Source of the DNA: a virus
Lineage: Duplodnaviria; Caudoviricetes
Length of the DNA: 45,549 bases
Direction: 5' to 3' (one strand)
Virus record (IMG/VR): IMGVR_UViG_3300022895_000224
Location: 1 to 45,549 of that record
Shown here: piece by piece, positions 7,729 to 16,673 of the stretch
Layout of the letters: each line of letters starts with the position of its first letter
Position numbering within the stretch: the first letter of the stretch is position 1
Position numbers and translations under genes: made by a program
The notes under the pieces: generated by a model
Database searches by the model: none
What the model saw: only the letters and a program-made list of their open reading frames with translations
Told to the model about the DNA's origin: nothing

Positions 7729-9731
7729 AAACACTCAACATCGACATCGAAACATATTCAAGCTATGACCTAAAAAAAGTTGGTGTCTACAAGTACTGTG
7801 AAGCTCCTGACTTTGACATACTCATCTTTGCTTATTCAGTAGATGGGCAACCAACAATAACAGTTGAGCTTGCTAGAGGTGAAAATATACCACCTGAAAT
7901 AATTGAAGCTTTAGATAACCCCAAGGTGTTAAAGAAAGCATTCAATGCTCAATTCGAACGAATTGCGTTAAGTTCTTATCTCAAACGAAACTATGAGCCT
8001 ATTGAGATGTTTAGAAGCTTTACAGACCTTGGCTTCTTAGATCCTAAACAGTGGCGCTGCACAATGGTTGACGCCATGAAAGCAGGACTACCAGCAACAC
8101 TTAAAAACTCTGCTCTTGCATTAGAGCTCGATGAACAAAAAGATAGCGCAGGTACACTCTTGATTAACTTCTTCTCGAAACCACGTAAGCCGACTAAAAA
8201 TGATAAGCGAACACGTAATATGCCTGAAGATGATTTAGAAAAGTGGAATGCATTTGTTGACTATTGCCGACAGGACGTAGAAACAGAAAAAGCTGTCGGA
8301 GATGCGGTGGACAAGTACCTTAACCTTGGAAGTAAATCAGATCGTTTCGAGATGGCACTCTATCACTTAGACCAGGAGATTAATGACCGTGGTGTCCTGT
8401 TAGATATGGATGTGGTAGATGGAGCACTTGCAATCGATGAAGCTTACAAAGCGATTCTGATGAAAACTGGACAAAGTATCACTTGGCTTAAAAATCCAAA
8501 TAGCCCGAAACAACTGATGGAGTGGTTTAAAAAGCAAGGTTTAGAGCTTCCGAATCTTCAAAAAGAGACAGTGAAAAAGGCCATTGAAAAAACAGATGGC
8601 GATATACGTACCATGCTTGAAATCAGGCAGGAACTATCTAAAACAAGTACAGCCAAGTTTGTCACGATGAAAGCTGCTGTTTGTTCAGATGGACGCGTAA
8701 GAGGTTTACTACAGTTTTACGGTGCAAGTCGTACCGGAAGATGGGCTGGACGTTTGGTACAGGTGCAGAACCTACCTCAAAACAAGATTTCAGATATTGA
8801 AGTTGCTAGAGAAATAGTTGAAAATTCTGACTTAGAAACTCTTGAATTGTTATATGACCAAGTGCCATTCGTTTTATCACAGCTAATCCGAACAGCCTTT
8901 ATTCCAGTCGAGAAAAAGACTTTTGCAGTAAGTGACTTCTCAGCTATTGAAGCTCGCGTAATTGCTTGGCTAGCCGGTGAGAAATGGCGCTTAGAAGTGT
9001 TTAATACACACGGTAAGATTTACGAAGCTTCTGCAGCACAAATGTTTAAAGTGCCAATTGAAACGATTGATAAGGGCTCACCATTACGCCAAAAAGGTAA
9101 AGTTGCAGAATTAGCACTTGGCTACCAAGGCGGAGAAAATGCGCTTATCTCTATGGGTGCTCTTGATATGGGTATCCCACAATCAGAACTTAAACCGTTG
9201 GTTGATGCGTGGCGTAAAGCAAACCCTAAAATTAAAAAGCTTTGGTGGGATATAGAGGCAGCTGCTATGCGAGCTATCGAGAATCCTGGTGACGTCATTC
9301 CATTTAATAAGGGTATGTATTTCTTCATGCATCACGGCTCTCTTATGATGCAACTACCAAGTGGTCGTAGACTTTGCTACTACAAAGCTAGATTACGTGA
9401 TCATCAAAAGTTTGAAGGTAAACAGGAAATCGTTTTTTGGGGTGTTGATGGTACCACAAAAAACTGGTGTGAGACATCAACATACGGAGGGAAACTTACC
9501 GAGAACGCAGTCCAAGCGATTGCCAGAGACTGCTTAGCAATGTCGATGTTACGCCTAGACAAAGAAAGATACGAAATTGTCATGCATATTCATGATGAGG
9601 TTGTTATGGAGTTAGAGGAAGATACAACAATTGCAATAATTGAAGAAATCATGGGTCAACCTATTAGCTGGGCTGAAGGACTTCCTTTAGAGGCTGATGG
9701 CTTTGAAACACCATTCTATAAAAAGGATTAG
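7725..9731 (+). CDS. Family A DNA polymerase with 3'-5' exonuclease
   Basis: ExoI DIET, ExoII FNAQFE, ExoIII YCRQD, RTGRW, motif A DFSAIEAR, motif B RQKGK..ELALGY, motif C HDE. Confidence 0.95.
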   Translation: MKTLNIDIETYSSYDLKKVGVYKYCEAPDFDILIFAYSVDGQPTITVELARGENIPPEIIEALDNPKVLKKAFNAQFERIALSSYLKRNYEPIEMFRSFTDLGFLDPKQWRCTMVDAMKAGLPATLKNSALALELDEQKDSAGTLLINFFSKPRKPTKNDKRTRNMPEDDLEKWNAFVDYCRQDVETEKAVGDAVDKYLNLGSKSDRFEMALYHLDQEINDRGVLLDMDVVDGALAIDEAYKAILMKTGQSITWLKNPNSPKQLMEWFKKQGLELPNLQKETVKKAIEKTDGDIRTMLEIRQELSKTSTAKFVTMKAAVCSDGRVRGLLQFYGASRTGRWAGRLVQVQNLPQNKISDIEVAREIVENSDLETLELLYDQVPFVLSQLIRTAFIPVEKKTFAVSDFSAIEARVIAWLAGEKWRLEVFNTHGKIYEASAAQMFKVPIETIDKGSPLRQKGKVAELALGYQGGENALISMGALDMGIPQSELKPLVDAWRKANPKIKKLWWDIEAAAMRAIENPGDVIPFNKGMYFFMHHGSLMMQLPSGRRLCYYKARLRDHQKFEGKQEIVFWGVDGTTKNWCETSTYGGKLTENAVQAIARDCLAMSMLRLDKERYEIVMHIHDEVVMELEEDTTIAIIEEIMGQPISWAEGLPLEADGFETPFYKKD

Positions 9732-9742
9732 GAGGTATTTGT

Positions 9743-10015
9743 ATGTCAATGGATTTTGGACAAACAGGAGTAAATTGCAGAAGTTCACTAATAACGAAGA
9801 ATTATAAACTTTGTGACTCGGTAAATGCTTATCATCAAATCTGTTTCGATGCATCTAAAGAAGACATGTGTGATGCCGTACTGGGAGCACAAATTGCAAA
9901 CCTTAAATTTGCAATCGACAGGGCAATTGATGCTGGTGATCGCTATGCTTTTCTTGCTTTATCTGGTCAGCTAAAAGAACTACTAGCAATGGTAGGTGAA
10001 GCAAATGAAGTTTAA
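9743..10015 (+). CDS. IDEAL-domain protein
   Basis: C-terminal LKFAIDRAIDAGDRYAFLALS. Confidence 0.7.
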   Translation: MSMDFGQTGVNCRSSLITKNYKLCDSVNAYHQICFDASKEDMCDAVLGAQIANLKFAIDRAIDAGDRYAFLALSGQLKELLAMVGEANEV

Positions 10016-10526
10016 GGAGTGGATTGCACAAGAAATAAAACACTATGAAGTTGAAATTAAGGACTTCAATAAAACAATCGAGGTGTGTCAAACTGATTTG
10101 AAATCAGAACAGCAGCAAAAGCGTGAGATTGGTCGAAAGAATGAAGAAAATCGAGAACAACATGATCGAATAGATGAAAGAATTACTTATATTAAATCTC
10201 GGATTGAGACATTAAAATCTCAGATTTGTGTACGTAAATCAAGTATTTCTGACTTTAAAAATCTTAGCCAAACAAAACCTGTTCGCTTAAAAACAGATGC
10301 AGTAGTTAACTCAAAAATCATCGATGAAATGCTGAAGAAGCTATCAGGAAAGTTTTGGACAATTGAATATACACAGTACCAGGATGGTTTACAAATGGCT
10401 TACTTAAATACTCACACAGGTTCAAAAGGTAGTTTAAAAGTATACTTTATAGCAGTTATTTCTGACAATGTTGAACTTTCATTATTCGAGAAGGGAGATG
10501 TCAAAGAATGCTCAATACACTCATGA
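9996..10526 (+). CDS. Hypothetical coiled-coil protein
   Basis: 176 aa ORF overlapping both neighbours. Confidence 0.75.
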   Translation: MKQMKFKEWIAQEIKHYEVEIKDFNKTIEVCQTDLKSEQQQKREIGRKNEENREQHDRIDERITYIKSRIETLKSQICVRKSSISDFKNLSQTKPVRLKTDAVVNSKIIDEMLKKLSGKFWTIEYTQYQDGLQMAYLNTHTGSKGSLKVYFIAVISDNVELSLFEKGDVKECSIHS

Positions 10527-11107
10527 AACACGCAAAGCACTTTACAAATTTTGAACATGAAAAAGATGTATGTCATGTTGTCCATATTGATTCTGATGGA
10601 AATGTTTTCATGACAAATGCGATTTCTGCAGTTCTAGTCAAGAATGTGTGTCCAGATGAACCAAATCGTACAATCACACTTGATAACAAACCTTCTAAAG
10701 TACCGGTATATGATTACTCGAAGTTCTTCAACTCTGAAATAACAGAAACACTTGAATTAGATGTAAAAGAAATGCTGCTCTTAACACAAGCATTAGAGGC
10801 AGTGAAAAAGGTAGAAGGTGGATCACCTCAGGGAGCATTCAGATTTGAGACAGAAGGTGACCAATACAAAATATTCTATCAAGGTATTGAGTTTACCAGT
10901 ACCTATCAGCTGACGGATAAAGATCCAAACCAAAGTGAGATTAATATTCATTTTGATGTTTCATTACTAGCAAAGGCATTCAAGTTGCTAAAGGATTTAG
11001 GTTTACAAACTTGTAAGATGCAGTTTACTGGCAAGTATCGACCATGCTATTTCAGTTCTGCAGATGAATCGATCCAAATAGTTGTATTGCCTTGCAGAAC
11101 TCATTAG
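10508..11107 (+). CDS. Sliding-clamp (DnaN beta subunit)-like protein, about two domains
   Basis: VHI..DG.V..TN...V and IHFD...L...F..L......M.F.G..RP...IVVLPCR resemble beta-clamp middle and C-terminal domain motifs. Confidence 0.5.
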   Translation: MLNTLMKHAKHFTNFEHEKDVCHVVHIDSDGNVFMTNAISAVLVKNVCPDEPNRTITLDNKPSKVPVYDYSKFFNSEITETLELDVKEMLLLTQALEAVKKVEGGSPQGAFRFETEGDQYKIFYQGIEFTSTYQLTDKDPNQSEINIHFDVSLLAKAFKLLKDLGLQTCKMQFTGKYRPCYFSSADESIQIVVLPCRTH

Positions 11108-11138
11108 AAAGATTTTGTTCAGTAAACGAGGTGAATAA

Positions 11139-11306
11139 ATGAGTATCAATGATAAAATCGACCATATTTTAACGTATGGTCAGTATATTGCTATATCACA
11201 AACAGAAGCAGATGAAATTATTAAAAAGGCAAGAGAGAAGGCTAATGAATTTACATCTGATTTGATTTCAGATGGCATAGTAGTGTACTCATTAAACGAA
11301 ATCTAA
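11139..11306 (+). CDS. Hypothetical 55 aa protein (absent from ORF track)
   Basis: GAGGTG RBS, ATG 11139, MSINDKIDHILTYGQYIAISQTEADEII..., TAA 11304-11306. Confidence 0.65.
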   Translation: MSINDKIDHILTYGQYIAISQTEADEIIKKAREKANEFTSDLISDGIVVYSLNEI

Positions 11307-11346
11307 AAATAAGAAAGAAAATGTTCAGAAAGAAAGAAGGTTTAAT

Positions 11347-11532
11347 ATGTCTGAAAATGAACTTTATGATTTTATAAAAGAGCTACAAGGCAGTAGTGTA
11401 GAACTTTATAGTTTTGTAGCAGAAAACTGCGATGAAAATTTAACAGAGGATGAAATTGACGACTTGGTATCTGACCTAGAATCAGACAGTTTAAGTTTAA
11501 GGGAATTTGTAATTAGAGCATTAGAAGATTAA
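11347..11532 (+). CDS. Hypothetical acidic 61 aa protein
   Basis: AGAAGG RBS; strongly D/E-rich. Confidence 0.65.
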   Translation: MSENELYDFIKELQGSSVELYSFVAENCDENLTEDEIDDLVSDLESDSLSLREFVIRALED

Positions 11533-11606
11533 ATTTACTGAACAATATGAGGAAATTATCAACCAAAAAGGAACGAGAACATTCAATAAACGAAGGGATT
11601 GAATTT

Positions 11607-11804
11607 ATGAAACCGTTAGTTAAAATCATCCGCAAAGTTGATATTGAACGTCAGTACCGTAATATGTTAGCGCTTGAACAAGATTATGAGCTTGCTAGTT
11701 TGTCACAAGCATTAAAAGACAATGATAACTCTGAAATTATTCGTAGTAAGAAGCGCCTTAAAGAAATTCATGATGATCTTGAAGCAATGGCAAATTACAG
11801 TTAG
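11607..11804 (+). CDS. Hypothetical phage protein
   Basis: Likely ATG 11607 after GAAGGG; LALEQDYELASL motif. Confidence 0.65.
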   Translation: MKPLVKIIRKVDIERQYRNMLALEQDYELASLSQALKDNDNSEIIRSKKRLKEIHDDLEAMANYS

Positions 11805-11819
11805 AAAGTAGGTGAATTT

Positions 11820-12350
11820 ATGGACCGCGAGGAGGCTAATGCCAAACGGAAAGAGCTAGGTTTGCAAGAACGAAGATTGACTGACAAGCATTGCACCAAT
11901 TGTTCTGTAAAAGGACAAGACGTAACAGCTTGTGAGGGTTGTCCTATTTTCAACAAAATAACTGGAATTGGTAAAAAGTACATCGCTGTTACTCGCAACT
12001 ATCGTAAAGCTAACAAGATTAAAGGAATTGATAGTTCCTTAATAGCTCCGGTAGAACCAAGGGTTGTAACGGCAACAGCGCTTGCTTGGATGGAGTGGAA
12101 ACAAGTTGCAAAAGAACACAGTATTAGTAGAGAGACTTTTAGTGCAAGGATGAAAACAGGAATGAATCCAAAGGATGCTGCAACTCGTTCTACTCGAAAG
12201 AGACGTTTTACAGATGAACAAATTGCTACTGCATTGAAAAATGGGATACCTTACGGAACTATTATTACTCGAATAAAAAGAGGCTGGTCATTAGAAGATT
12301 CCACAACCATACCGGTGCATCAAAAATCAAGCAAGAGAGGATCCTGCTAA
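11820..12350 (+). CDS. Zinc-finger protein with repeated small HTH-like units
   Basis: HCTNC...CEGCP, then two A..(H/N).I...T...R...G....A/S.T repeats. Confidence 0.75.
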   Translation: MDREEANAKRKELGLQERRLTDKHCTNCSVKGQDVTACEGCPIFNKITGIGKKYIAVTRNYRKANKIKGIDSSLIAPVEPRVVTATALAWMEWKQVAKEHSISRETFSARMKTGMNPKDAATRSTRKRRFTDEQIATALKNGIPYGTIITRIKRGWSLEDSTTIPVHQKSSKRGSC

Positions 12351-13387
12351 TGAATCTAGATGCGTTATTTAAACAAAGGTTATCCTTATTGGCTGAGATT
12401 AATAGGCTAACAGAGTTAAAGTGTACGGATGATTCAGTATACCGTGCAATCGGTTTAAAACTAGAAGAAAATATTATTGCTATTAGAGCATTACGTGTTC
12501 CTTCTGAACCTACAAATCCGGAGCCAAAAGTACAGCCAATAAAAACCAAAATAAAGGAAAGTAAAGGTGAAAAAATGACTAAGCAGTTGACGGTAGAAAC
12601 CTATCACGAAATGAAAGCACAAGGGTTAACAGACAGTGTAATTCGTAAACGCCTAGGAATCGATAACAATAAGTTCTATAAATTTAAAAAGGATAACGGA
12701 CTTATTCGTGCTTATGACAAATCTGTTAAAAAAGAAAAAGCTACCCCAGCATTGCGAGAAAAAGAGGTTAATGCTCCAATAGCTGATACTGATCGTATTT
12801 CTATTCTTGAAAAGGAATTAAGTGATTTTAAAGCACAGCTAAAAGATGCTTTGTCTTTCATTGAATCATTAAAAACTGAAAATGCTACACTAAATGAGCA
12901 AGTTTGGGGTGGCCGTTTGCAAATGCTATACGCAAAACAAGCTGAGCTTGAAAACTTTATCGCTGACAAGCATGGTATTGCTATTCATGATTACTTGAAT
13001 GAACAACAACTTGCTATATTAGTGGAACTAGCCGAATCAGCTAATGAGTGGAAAGGCTTTAAGTACTGGAAGCTTAATAAGAATGTTGATCGTGAGAAGT
13101 TACTTGAAGAAACTGTCGATGTACTTCACCTAATTTTAGCCAGAGGAATTGTTCTTGGTTGGCAAGTCGCAACAGTAAAAGCATACAAGACAACATCTAT
13201 CACTATGCAGTACAAATCACTAATACAAAAAATCGCAACAGATGAAGAATCTCAGAAAACGTACGCTTTAGCATTTAACATGTACATTGGATTAGTAGAG
13301 ATGTTAGGCTTCACATGGCTAGAAGTAGAAGAAGCCTATGCTAAGAAACATCAAGAGAACATCGATAGACAAAACAACGATTACTAG
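12350..13387 (+). CDS. dut: Dimeric (all-alpha) dUTPase with long N-terminal extension
   Basis: ELAESANEWKGFKYWK, LLEETVDVLH and Y.KKH.EN..RQ...Y are dUTPase_2 motifs in the C-terminal ~155 aa. Confidence 0.85.
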   Translation: MNLDALFKQRLSLLAEINRLTELKCTDDSVYRAIGLKLEENIIAIRALRVPSEPTNPEPKVQPIKTKIKESKGEKMTKQLTVETYHEMKAQGLTDSVIRKRLGIDNNKFYKFKKDNGLIRAYDKSVKKEKATPALREKEVNAPIADTDRISILEKELSDFKAQLKDALSFIESLKTENATLNEQVWGGRLQMLYAKQAELENFIADKHGIAIHDYLNEQQLAILVELAESANEWKGFKYWKLNKNVDREKLLEETVDVLHLILARGIVLGWQVATVKAYKTTSITMQYKSLIQKIATDEESQKTYALAFNMYIGLVEMLGFTWLEVEEAYAKKHQENIDRQNNDY

Positions 13388-13406
13388 TTTAATTACGCTG
13401 TTTTTA

Positions 13407-13421
13407 TAAACCGCGGGTTGA
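13407..13421. promoter_or_regulatory. Operator TAAAC-CGCGG-GTTGA
   Basis: Same motif as the immunity-region sites; in the short intergenic gap before the next RBS. Confidence 0.6.
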
Positions 13422-13437
13422 TAAAGGGGCTGAAGCC

Positions 13438-13818
13438 ATGTACCAAAAAGAATATGACAACCTAATACTGGATGTAAAACGGCTTCGTGAAAAGCTTGTA
13501 CAGATGGATGCCGAATTACAACATTACCGTACCCGTTCTTACAAAGGTTGTGGTAATGAAGGCATCGAAGCTTATGCAGAGTTTAAGAGACGAGAAAAGC
13601 TACGTGCTGAGATTCGTAATGAGCTAAAACATAAGAACGTTCGTATCTCAGAGCTTCAAAGGCTGATGAGGCAAGAACGTCAAAGGGAGAATGAAAGACG
13701 TTCCAATCTGTTTCTACAACGCTTTAAAGACAATGCAAAATTGGTGATTAATGATGATCAATACGAGCTAATTTTGAAAATGACAATGGACGGTGAAATA
13801 CAATGTTTGAAAAGTTAA
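13438..13818 (+). CDS. Hypothetical coiled-coil protein
   Basis: AAAGGGG RBS; 126 aa. Confidence 0.75.
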   Translation: MYQKEYDNLILDVKRLREKLVQMDAELQHYRTRSYKGCGNEGIEAYAEFKRREKLRAEIRNELKHKNVRISELQRLMRQERQRENERRSNLFLQRFKDNAKLVINDDQYELILKMTMDGEIQCLKS

Positions 13819-14183
13819 AGGCTTGGTTGGGTAACAAGATCCCTACTAAGAAATCAGCTACGACAGTGGCAGAACAGTACGCTTCTGATTATTACCGAGA
13901 ACTTACACAATCCCAAACTCATTTGATTGTAAAGCTTGAAGCAAAACTTGCTGCTTATGAGGCTCAACAGTCGAACAGCATATTGGGGGATATCCAGCAA
14001 CTGTTTGTGAATCAAACGAATAAAGGCATTCGAAAGTATGGTGAAACGGTTCGCGCTGAAAACCTTACACCAGTTGAATGGTGCCAACATGCACTGGAGG
14101 AACACGCTGATAGCATGGTGTATCTGATGGCTTTGAAAAAGTCTTTAGAGGAGAGTGAAGAAAATGGACTTGAAACAAGCTGA
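13803..14183 (+). CDS. Phage protein with MazG-like (EExxD) helical motif
   Basis: KGIRKYG...WCQHALEEHADSMVYL. Confidence 0.6.
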   Translation: MFEKLKAWLGNKIPTKKSATTVAEQYASDYYRELTQSQTHLIVKLEAKLAAYEAQQSNSILGDIQQLFVNQTNKGIRKYGETVRAENLTPVEWCQHALEEHADSMVYLMALKKSLEESEENGLETS

Positions 14184-14388
14184 AGCAGTAATCGAACGTC
14201 ATGAAAACGGTGATATGGTATATGAGCAAGAGTACATTGATGCATTGGAAGTGGTAAATGAGCATCTAGTAAAACAATCTTCTTACTGGAAAGCTGAAGC
14301 ATTATCAGCTCGTACAGCTTTGAAATATGCACAAATGTATAGCCGAACAAGTTTACGAGATTGGAAGGGGAATGAGACAAGTGGTTGA
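14164..14388 (+). CDS. Hypothetical protein
   Basis: Overlapping ORF with GAGGAG upstream; start uncertain (14155 or 14164). Confidence 0.65.
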   Translation: MDLKQAEAVIERHENGDMVYEQEYIDALEVVNEHLVKQSSYWKAEALSARTALKYAQMYSRTSLRDWKGNETSG

Positions 14389-14725
14389 AAAAGTGAAAGT
14401 TAGTCGTGAGGTTGCAGAGGCAATCGAAGCTTTTAAAACTATGCAAAAAGAGAGATTCAATATTACGGATTTAGATGAGCAATTTAATATTGCAATTAAC
14501 TGGTGGATTAGCGAAGAATTTCATGAGTTTGGAGATTTCCAAACAATCCATGATTTGAAGTTTATTGATTTCTGTAATGCATTTTACTATGGCTATGAAG
14601 TTGAGAAAACGCCAGAAGAACGCATTTTTGATTACTACCAAGTTGCTCAATGGGTACAAATGAAGGATGCCATTATATTTGTTTTAGAAGCTCTTGATAT
14701 CAAAATCAAAGGAGTGAATGATTGA
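14381..14725 (+). CDS. DUF1642-like phage protein
   Basis: KVKVSREVAEAIE...AFYYGYEVEK; likely GTG at 14381. Confidence 0.65.
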   Translation: MVEKVKVSREVAEAIEAFKTMQKERFNITDLDEQFNIAINWWISEEFHEFGDFQTIHDLKFIDFCNAFYYGYEVEKTPEERIFDYYQVAQWVQMKDAIIFVLEALDIKIKGVND

Positions 14726-14913
14726 TGAACACTCAAGAATTTAAGCAGAAATTAGATACAAGTTTAGGATTACAAACGATTGTAGCTGGCATGGCAAGGC
14801 TAGTCGAAGATGAAGGTTATACACCACATCAAGTTTTTGAATTGATGACAGTTGCTAAACAAAATACTTTCCACGCATTAGCTGAAATGTACAGGGATGT
14901 GCATAAAAAATGA
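14722..14913 (+). CDS. Hypothetical protein
   Basis: AAAGGAG RBS, ATGA overlap. Confidence 0.7.
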   Translation: MMNTQEFKQKLDTSLGLQTIVAGMARLVEDEGYTPHQVFELMTVAKQNTFHALAEMYRDVHKK

Positions 14914-15110
14914 TAAAAAATTTATTTTGGGCAATTGTCTTCTTAGTTGTAACTGTCGATTTAACTTATGATATTTATCTTCTCTGGGCTTATGATATTT
15001 GTTTAGGAAAAATCAATCAAACTTTGTTAGCTGGGCTTTTTGTAATAGGGTTAGCTATTAACGGATTTTCTCGTTTATCAAGAATGGGTAAAGAGGTTAA
15101 TCAAAAATAA
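14910..15110 (+). CDS. Small two-TM membrane protein
   Basis: Two hydrophobic stretches; ATGA overlap. Confidence 0.65.
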   Translation: MIKNLFWAIVFLVVTVDLTYDIYLLWAYDICLGKINQTLLAGLFVIGLAINGFSRLSRMGKEVNQK

Positions 15111-15184
15111 TATCCTACCAAAATTTAAAATTATCTGATAAAAAAAGAGCTATAAAGTGAATGCAAACACTCATATGCTCTTGC

Positions 15185-15850
15185 TTATTTGACACCATCC
15201 GAAGGTGATGGTTTTGGTGATTTCATTTCTTTGAACGAGACTATTACAGTATCGATTATTACAAAAGTTAATAGAGCTTCTGTTATAAATTTAAATGGAT
15301 CTGTATTTAAACGGTTTTCAAAATTAATTATGTTGAATGAAACATAAACGATTGATAAGAGTATATAGATATGAATTCTAAAAAGACCTCTTGAAACACC
15401 TCTCTCAATTAGTTTAATAAAATCATGCACAAAATCTGAGTTGTCTATGTATTTAAATATTGTTAATGAAGTTAAATATAGTTTTTTAGAAATAGGTACA
15501 TGTGCATAAACTATTGTTGTAGTGGTTAATGCCAAGTAACCAAATGTTTGATTTGAAATACTAGTACCGTTATCGAGTAAAAATTGCGCCCCGAATACAA
15601 TTATGTTGTAAATAACTACTCCCAGCAGTATTGGAAGCAAAAAGTTTACTAACAAATTTAACGTTATGTATAAGAAAAATATTAAAATAGCAGCGATTAC
15701 TAACAAGGGTGACCCTAATAGAAAGTAGACAAATTTATTTAACGTAATTTCTTCAATATTTTGTACCTTCTCCTGTGTATTTAATATCTTTCTTGTTGTA
15801 AATAAACTAAGCCAAATTAGAAAAGACCAATAAGCGATTGACAATACCAT
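15185..15850 (-). CDS. Multi-pass membrane protein moron
   Basis: Inverted relative to the operon, visibly AT-rich, GAGGAG RBS, about 5-6 hydrophobic segments. Confidence 0.8.
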   Translation of the reverse strand: MVLSIAYWSFLIWLSLFTTRKILNTQEKVQNIEEITLNKFVYFLLGSPLLVIAAILIFFLYITLNLLVNFLLPILLGVVIYNIIVFGAQFLLDNGTSISNQTFGYLALTTTTIVYAHVPISKKLYLTSLTIFKYIDNSDFVHDFIKLIERGVSRGLFRIHIYILLSIVYVSFNIINFENRLNTDPFKFITEALLTFVIIDTVIVSFKEMKSPKPSPSDGVK

Positions 15851-15946
15851 TTGTTACTCCTCTAAGTCTTTAATTGAATCTATAATATTTTACCAGATAA
15901 AAGAAAAAGTGTATATAAAGCTTTTCATTGAAAGGGTGGTAAATGA

Positions 15947-16264
15947 ATGTGCCTATTAAATAATCTATTGGAGGTAGTCGAGAAATCAAATAGCGGCTTT
16001 CGACTATTCCATCGTATCTCATTTAATAATGGGCAGTATTGGTTAAGTGTTCAAGCAAGCTATGGACACTACTGTACTCCACGTAAAACACTTAAAAAAG
16101 AACAATACACTGCCTTTGAGGTCATGGCTGAAACACCACTTGAAGACAGACCCACTAAATGGGAGGAATATTACGACTGTTACGGTGTGTATGGTTATGT
16201 GCCACGGGAGGAAATAGAGGATTTGATTCAGATTTTGGCTGGAAAATATGGTTTGGACAGTTGA
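15947..16264 (+). CDS. Hypothetical phage protein
   Basis: LSVQASYGHYCTPR...YGYVP motif; GGGTGG RBS. Confidence 0.8.
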   Translation: MCLLNNLLEVVEKSNSGFRLFHRISFNNGQYWLSVQASYGHYCTPRKTLKKEQYTAFEVMAETPLEDRPTKWEEYYDCYGVYGYVPREEIEDLIQILAGKYGLDS

Positions 16265-16287
16265 ACACTATGATGGGTTAATGAAAT

Positions 16288-16318
16288 AAAAAAATTCATC
16301 ACTCGAAAGTGATGAATT
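16288..16318 (-). terminator. Intrinsic terminator (minus strand)
   Basis: Perfect 11-bp stem AATTCATCACT-cgaa-AGTGATGAATT with an A-tract on its left (U-tract on minus). Confidence 0.85.
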
Positions 16319-16363
16319 GGGTGCTATTAGTCTTGGTTTCTTATATCAACCGTTTTACCAATT

Positions 16364-16531
16364 TTAAACTAACTCCTCAGAAGCCACATAGACTAATAGC
16401 GTGATAGTAGTAAACATTACCATAACAATCAACTCCCGAATTTCTTTAGTCAATGATTCCCATGTATTCGACATAGCAATTGATAGAGAATTAGCAATGA
16501 AAATACCAATAATCCAATACTTGCTACTCAA
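16364..16531 (-). CDS. Possible small two-TM peptide (55 aa, TTG start)
   Basis: LSSKYWIIGIFIANSLSIAM...LIVMVMFTTITLLVYVASEELV; lies between a consensus promoter and a terminator; no clear RBS. Confidence 0.35.
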   Translation of the reverse strand: MSSKYWIIGIFIANSLSIAMSNTWESLTKEIRELIVMVMFTTITLLVYVASEELV

Positions 16532-16548
16532 AGCAATGTTTATTTTCT

Positions 16549-16579
16549 CGGCGAGGAGTGCAGGGCTCGAACCTGCAAC
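16549..16579 (-). other. tRNA 3'-half-like element (T-arm plus acceptor strand); not a complete tRNA
   Basis: Minus strand GTT-GCAGG-TTCGAGC-CCTGC-ACTCCTC-G-CCG; no D-arm or anticodon arm upstream. Confidence 0.75.
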
Positions 16580-16608
16580 TGATGTATACTCACTTAAAGT
16601 ATTAATAA

Positions 16609-16637
16609 ATTATAGATTAACTTTAAAATATTGTCAA
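16609..16637 (-). promoter_or_regulatory. Perfect-consensus sigma-A promoter
   Basis: Minus strand TTGACA(16637-16632)-N17-TATAAT(16614-16609). Confidence 0.9.
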
Positions 16638-16673
16638 TTATCCTCGTAAAGTTGGTATTCATGGTGGTTGAAA

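Noticed and set aside
16549-16620. Complete tRNA gene
   Set aside because: Only the T-arm and acceptor 3' strand are present; no D-arm or anticodon arm, and the end is CCG
16401-16649. 82 aa plus-strand ORF
   Set aside because: No RBS; it is the antisense reading of the minus-strand promoter and tRNA-like unit (AGLEPAT is a typical antisense-tRNA translation)
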